The translations under genes and the position numbers were made by a program. Under the pieces are notes generated by a model that saw only the letters and a list, made by a program, of their open reading frames with translations, was not told where the DNA came from and ran no database searches. A DNA stretch of 64,000 nucleotides from Eledone cirrhosa (taxonomy: Eukaryota). Location: positions 6,944,001-7,008,000 of the forward strand of contig OZ024758.1 of the NCBI GenBank assembly GCA_964016885.1, in the 5' to 3' direction. This document shows positions 63,226-64,000 of this stretch, one piece after another (position 1 is the stretch's first letter; each line of letters starts with the position of its first letter).

Positions 63226-64000
63226 TTTCTGATTTACTTCTAACAAACTGGTTGAAACATTGCAAATAAGATTTTTATTGAAAGCTCAAGAAACTTTCTT
63301 AAGACTTTAGCATGTGGATCAAACAGTTTCGCATTTTCTCTGAATTTTAACCAATAACGGACACCAGAATATGTCATTTGTTGGCACTTGTTTATGCTGC
63401 ACATACAGAAGTGAATGCATGCATGCACACACACACACACACACCTATTTTCTCCTGATAACAGATGAAGTAGGTTTGTCAATGTAGAAATATGTATAAT
63501 TTGTTGTTTCATTATTGAGTGGTTTAAATTAGAGAATTACACCAAGCGCAAGGTTGCCTTTTGTCATAAAGGAAGAATGAAACAGAAATGCCTTTCTTGC
63601 AGCATGTTCCAATACTAATGCCATGGATTGAACCCAATAACCTTGGCTATTAAGACATGCATTTTGGGAGGGGGAGAAGAGTTCATAGACTAAGACCCTC
63701 ATGGAATGACTAAATGAGGTGTATTTTTCAACATAGTACCTGGAACTAGTCTGAACAAAAGCTGAAAATATTTAGTTATGGTGTATACAGTGCATTCCTG
63801 AAATGCGGTTAAGAAAGGAAAAAAGTTTTAGACAACTGCGTAGAAAGGGGTCTTTACCTTTACCCAGCAATGAAGTAGGAATGGAGGCTGTTTGACAGCC
63901 AAACAAACTGAAGCAAACAATGATTCTAATAGAAAGGAATAAGATTGAAATTTTTGCCACTATAATTCTCTTTTGACCAAACTCGGTTAAATCACATTTG

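Overview
AT-rich, microsatellite- and SINE-dense animal genomic DNA. The repeat landscape suggests an octopus/coleoid cephalopod; this is inferred, not verified. Nearly the whole window is one + strand gene, a CARMIL (LRRC16A-like) capping-protein regulator. I reconstructed 35 GT-AG coding exons from 1746 to a TAA at 63225 (4953 nt, about 1650 aa, splice phases consistent throughout). They encode PH, LRR and helical dimerisation domains, CPI/CSI motifs, a basic NPF-containing segment, a 16x pentapeptide repeat and a proline-rich tail. The first exon(s) lie upstream of the window. Introns hold tRNA-derived SINEs, piggyBac/hAT/Tc1-mariner MITEs, RTE and Penelope-like LINE relics and minisatellites. 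The most unusual signals are: (1) several type I hammerhead-ribozyme motifs in (TA)n-bounded mini-elements, the better-formed ones antisense to the gene and one enclosed by 60-bp inverted repeats; (2) an 8-nt microexon that is in frame only with a putative internal first exon, implying a short CPI-only isoform; (3) an exon with alternative donors or read-through that could give a CPI-less isoform. Almost all supplied ORFs are repeat artefacts.
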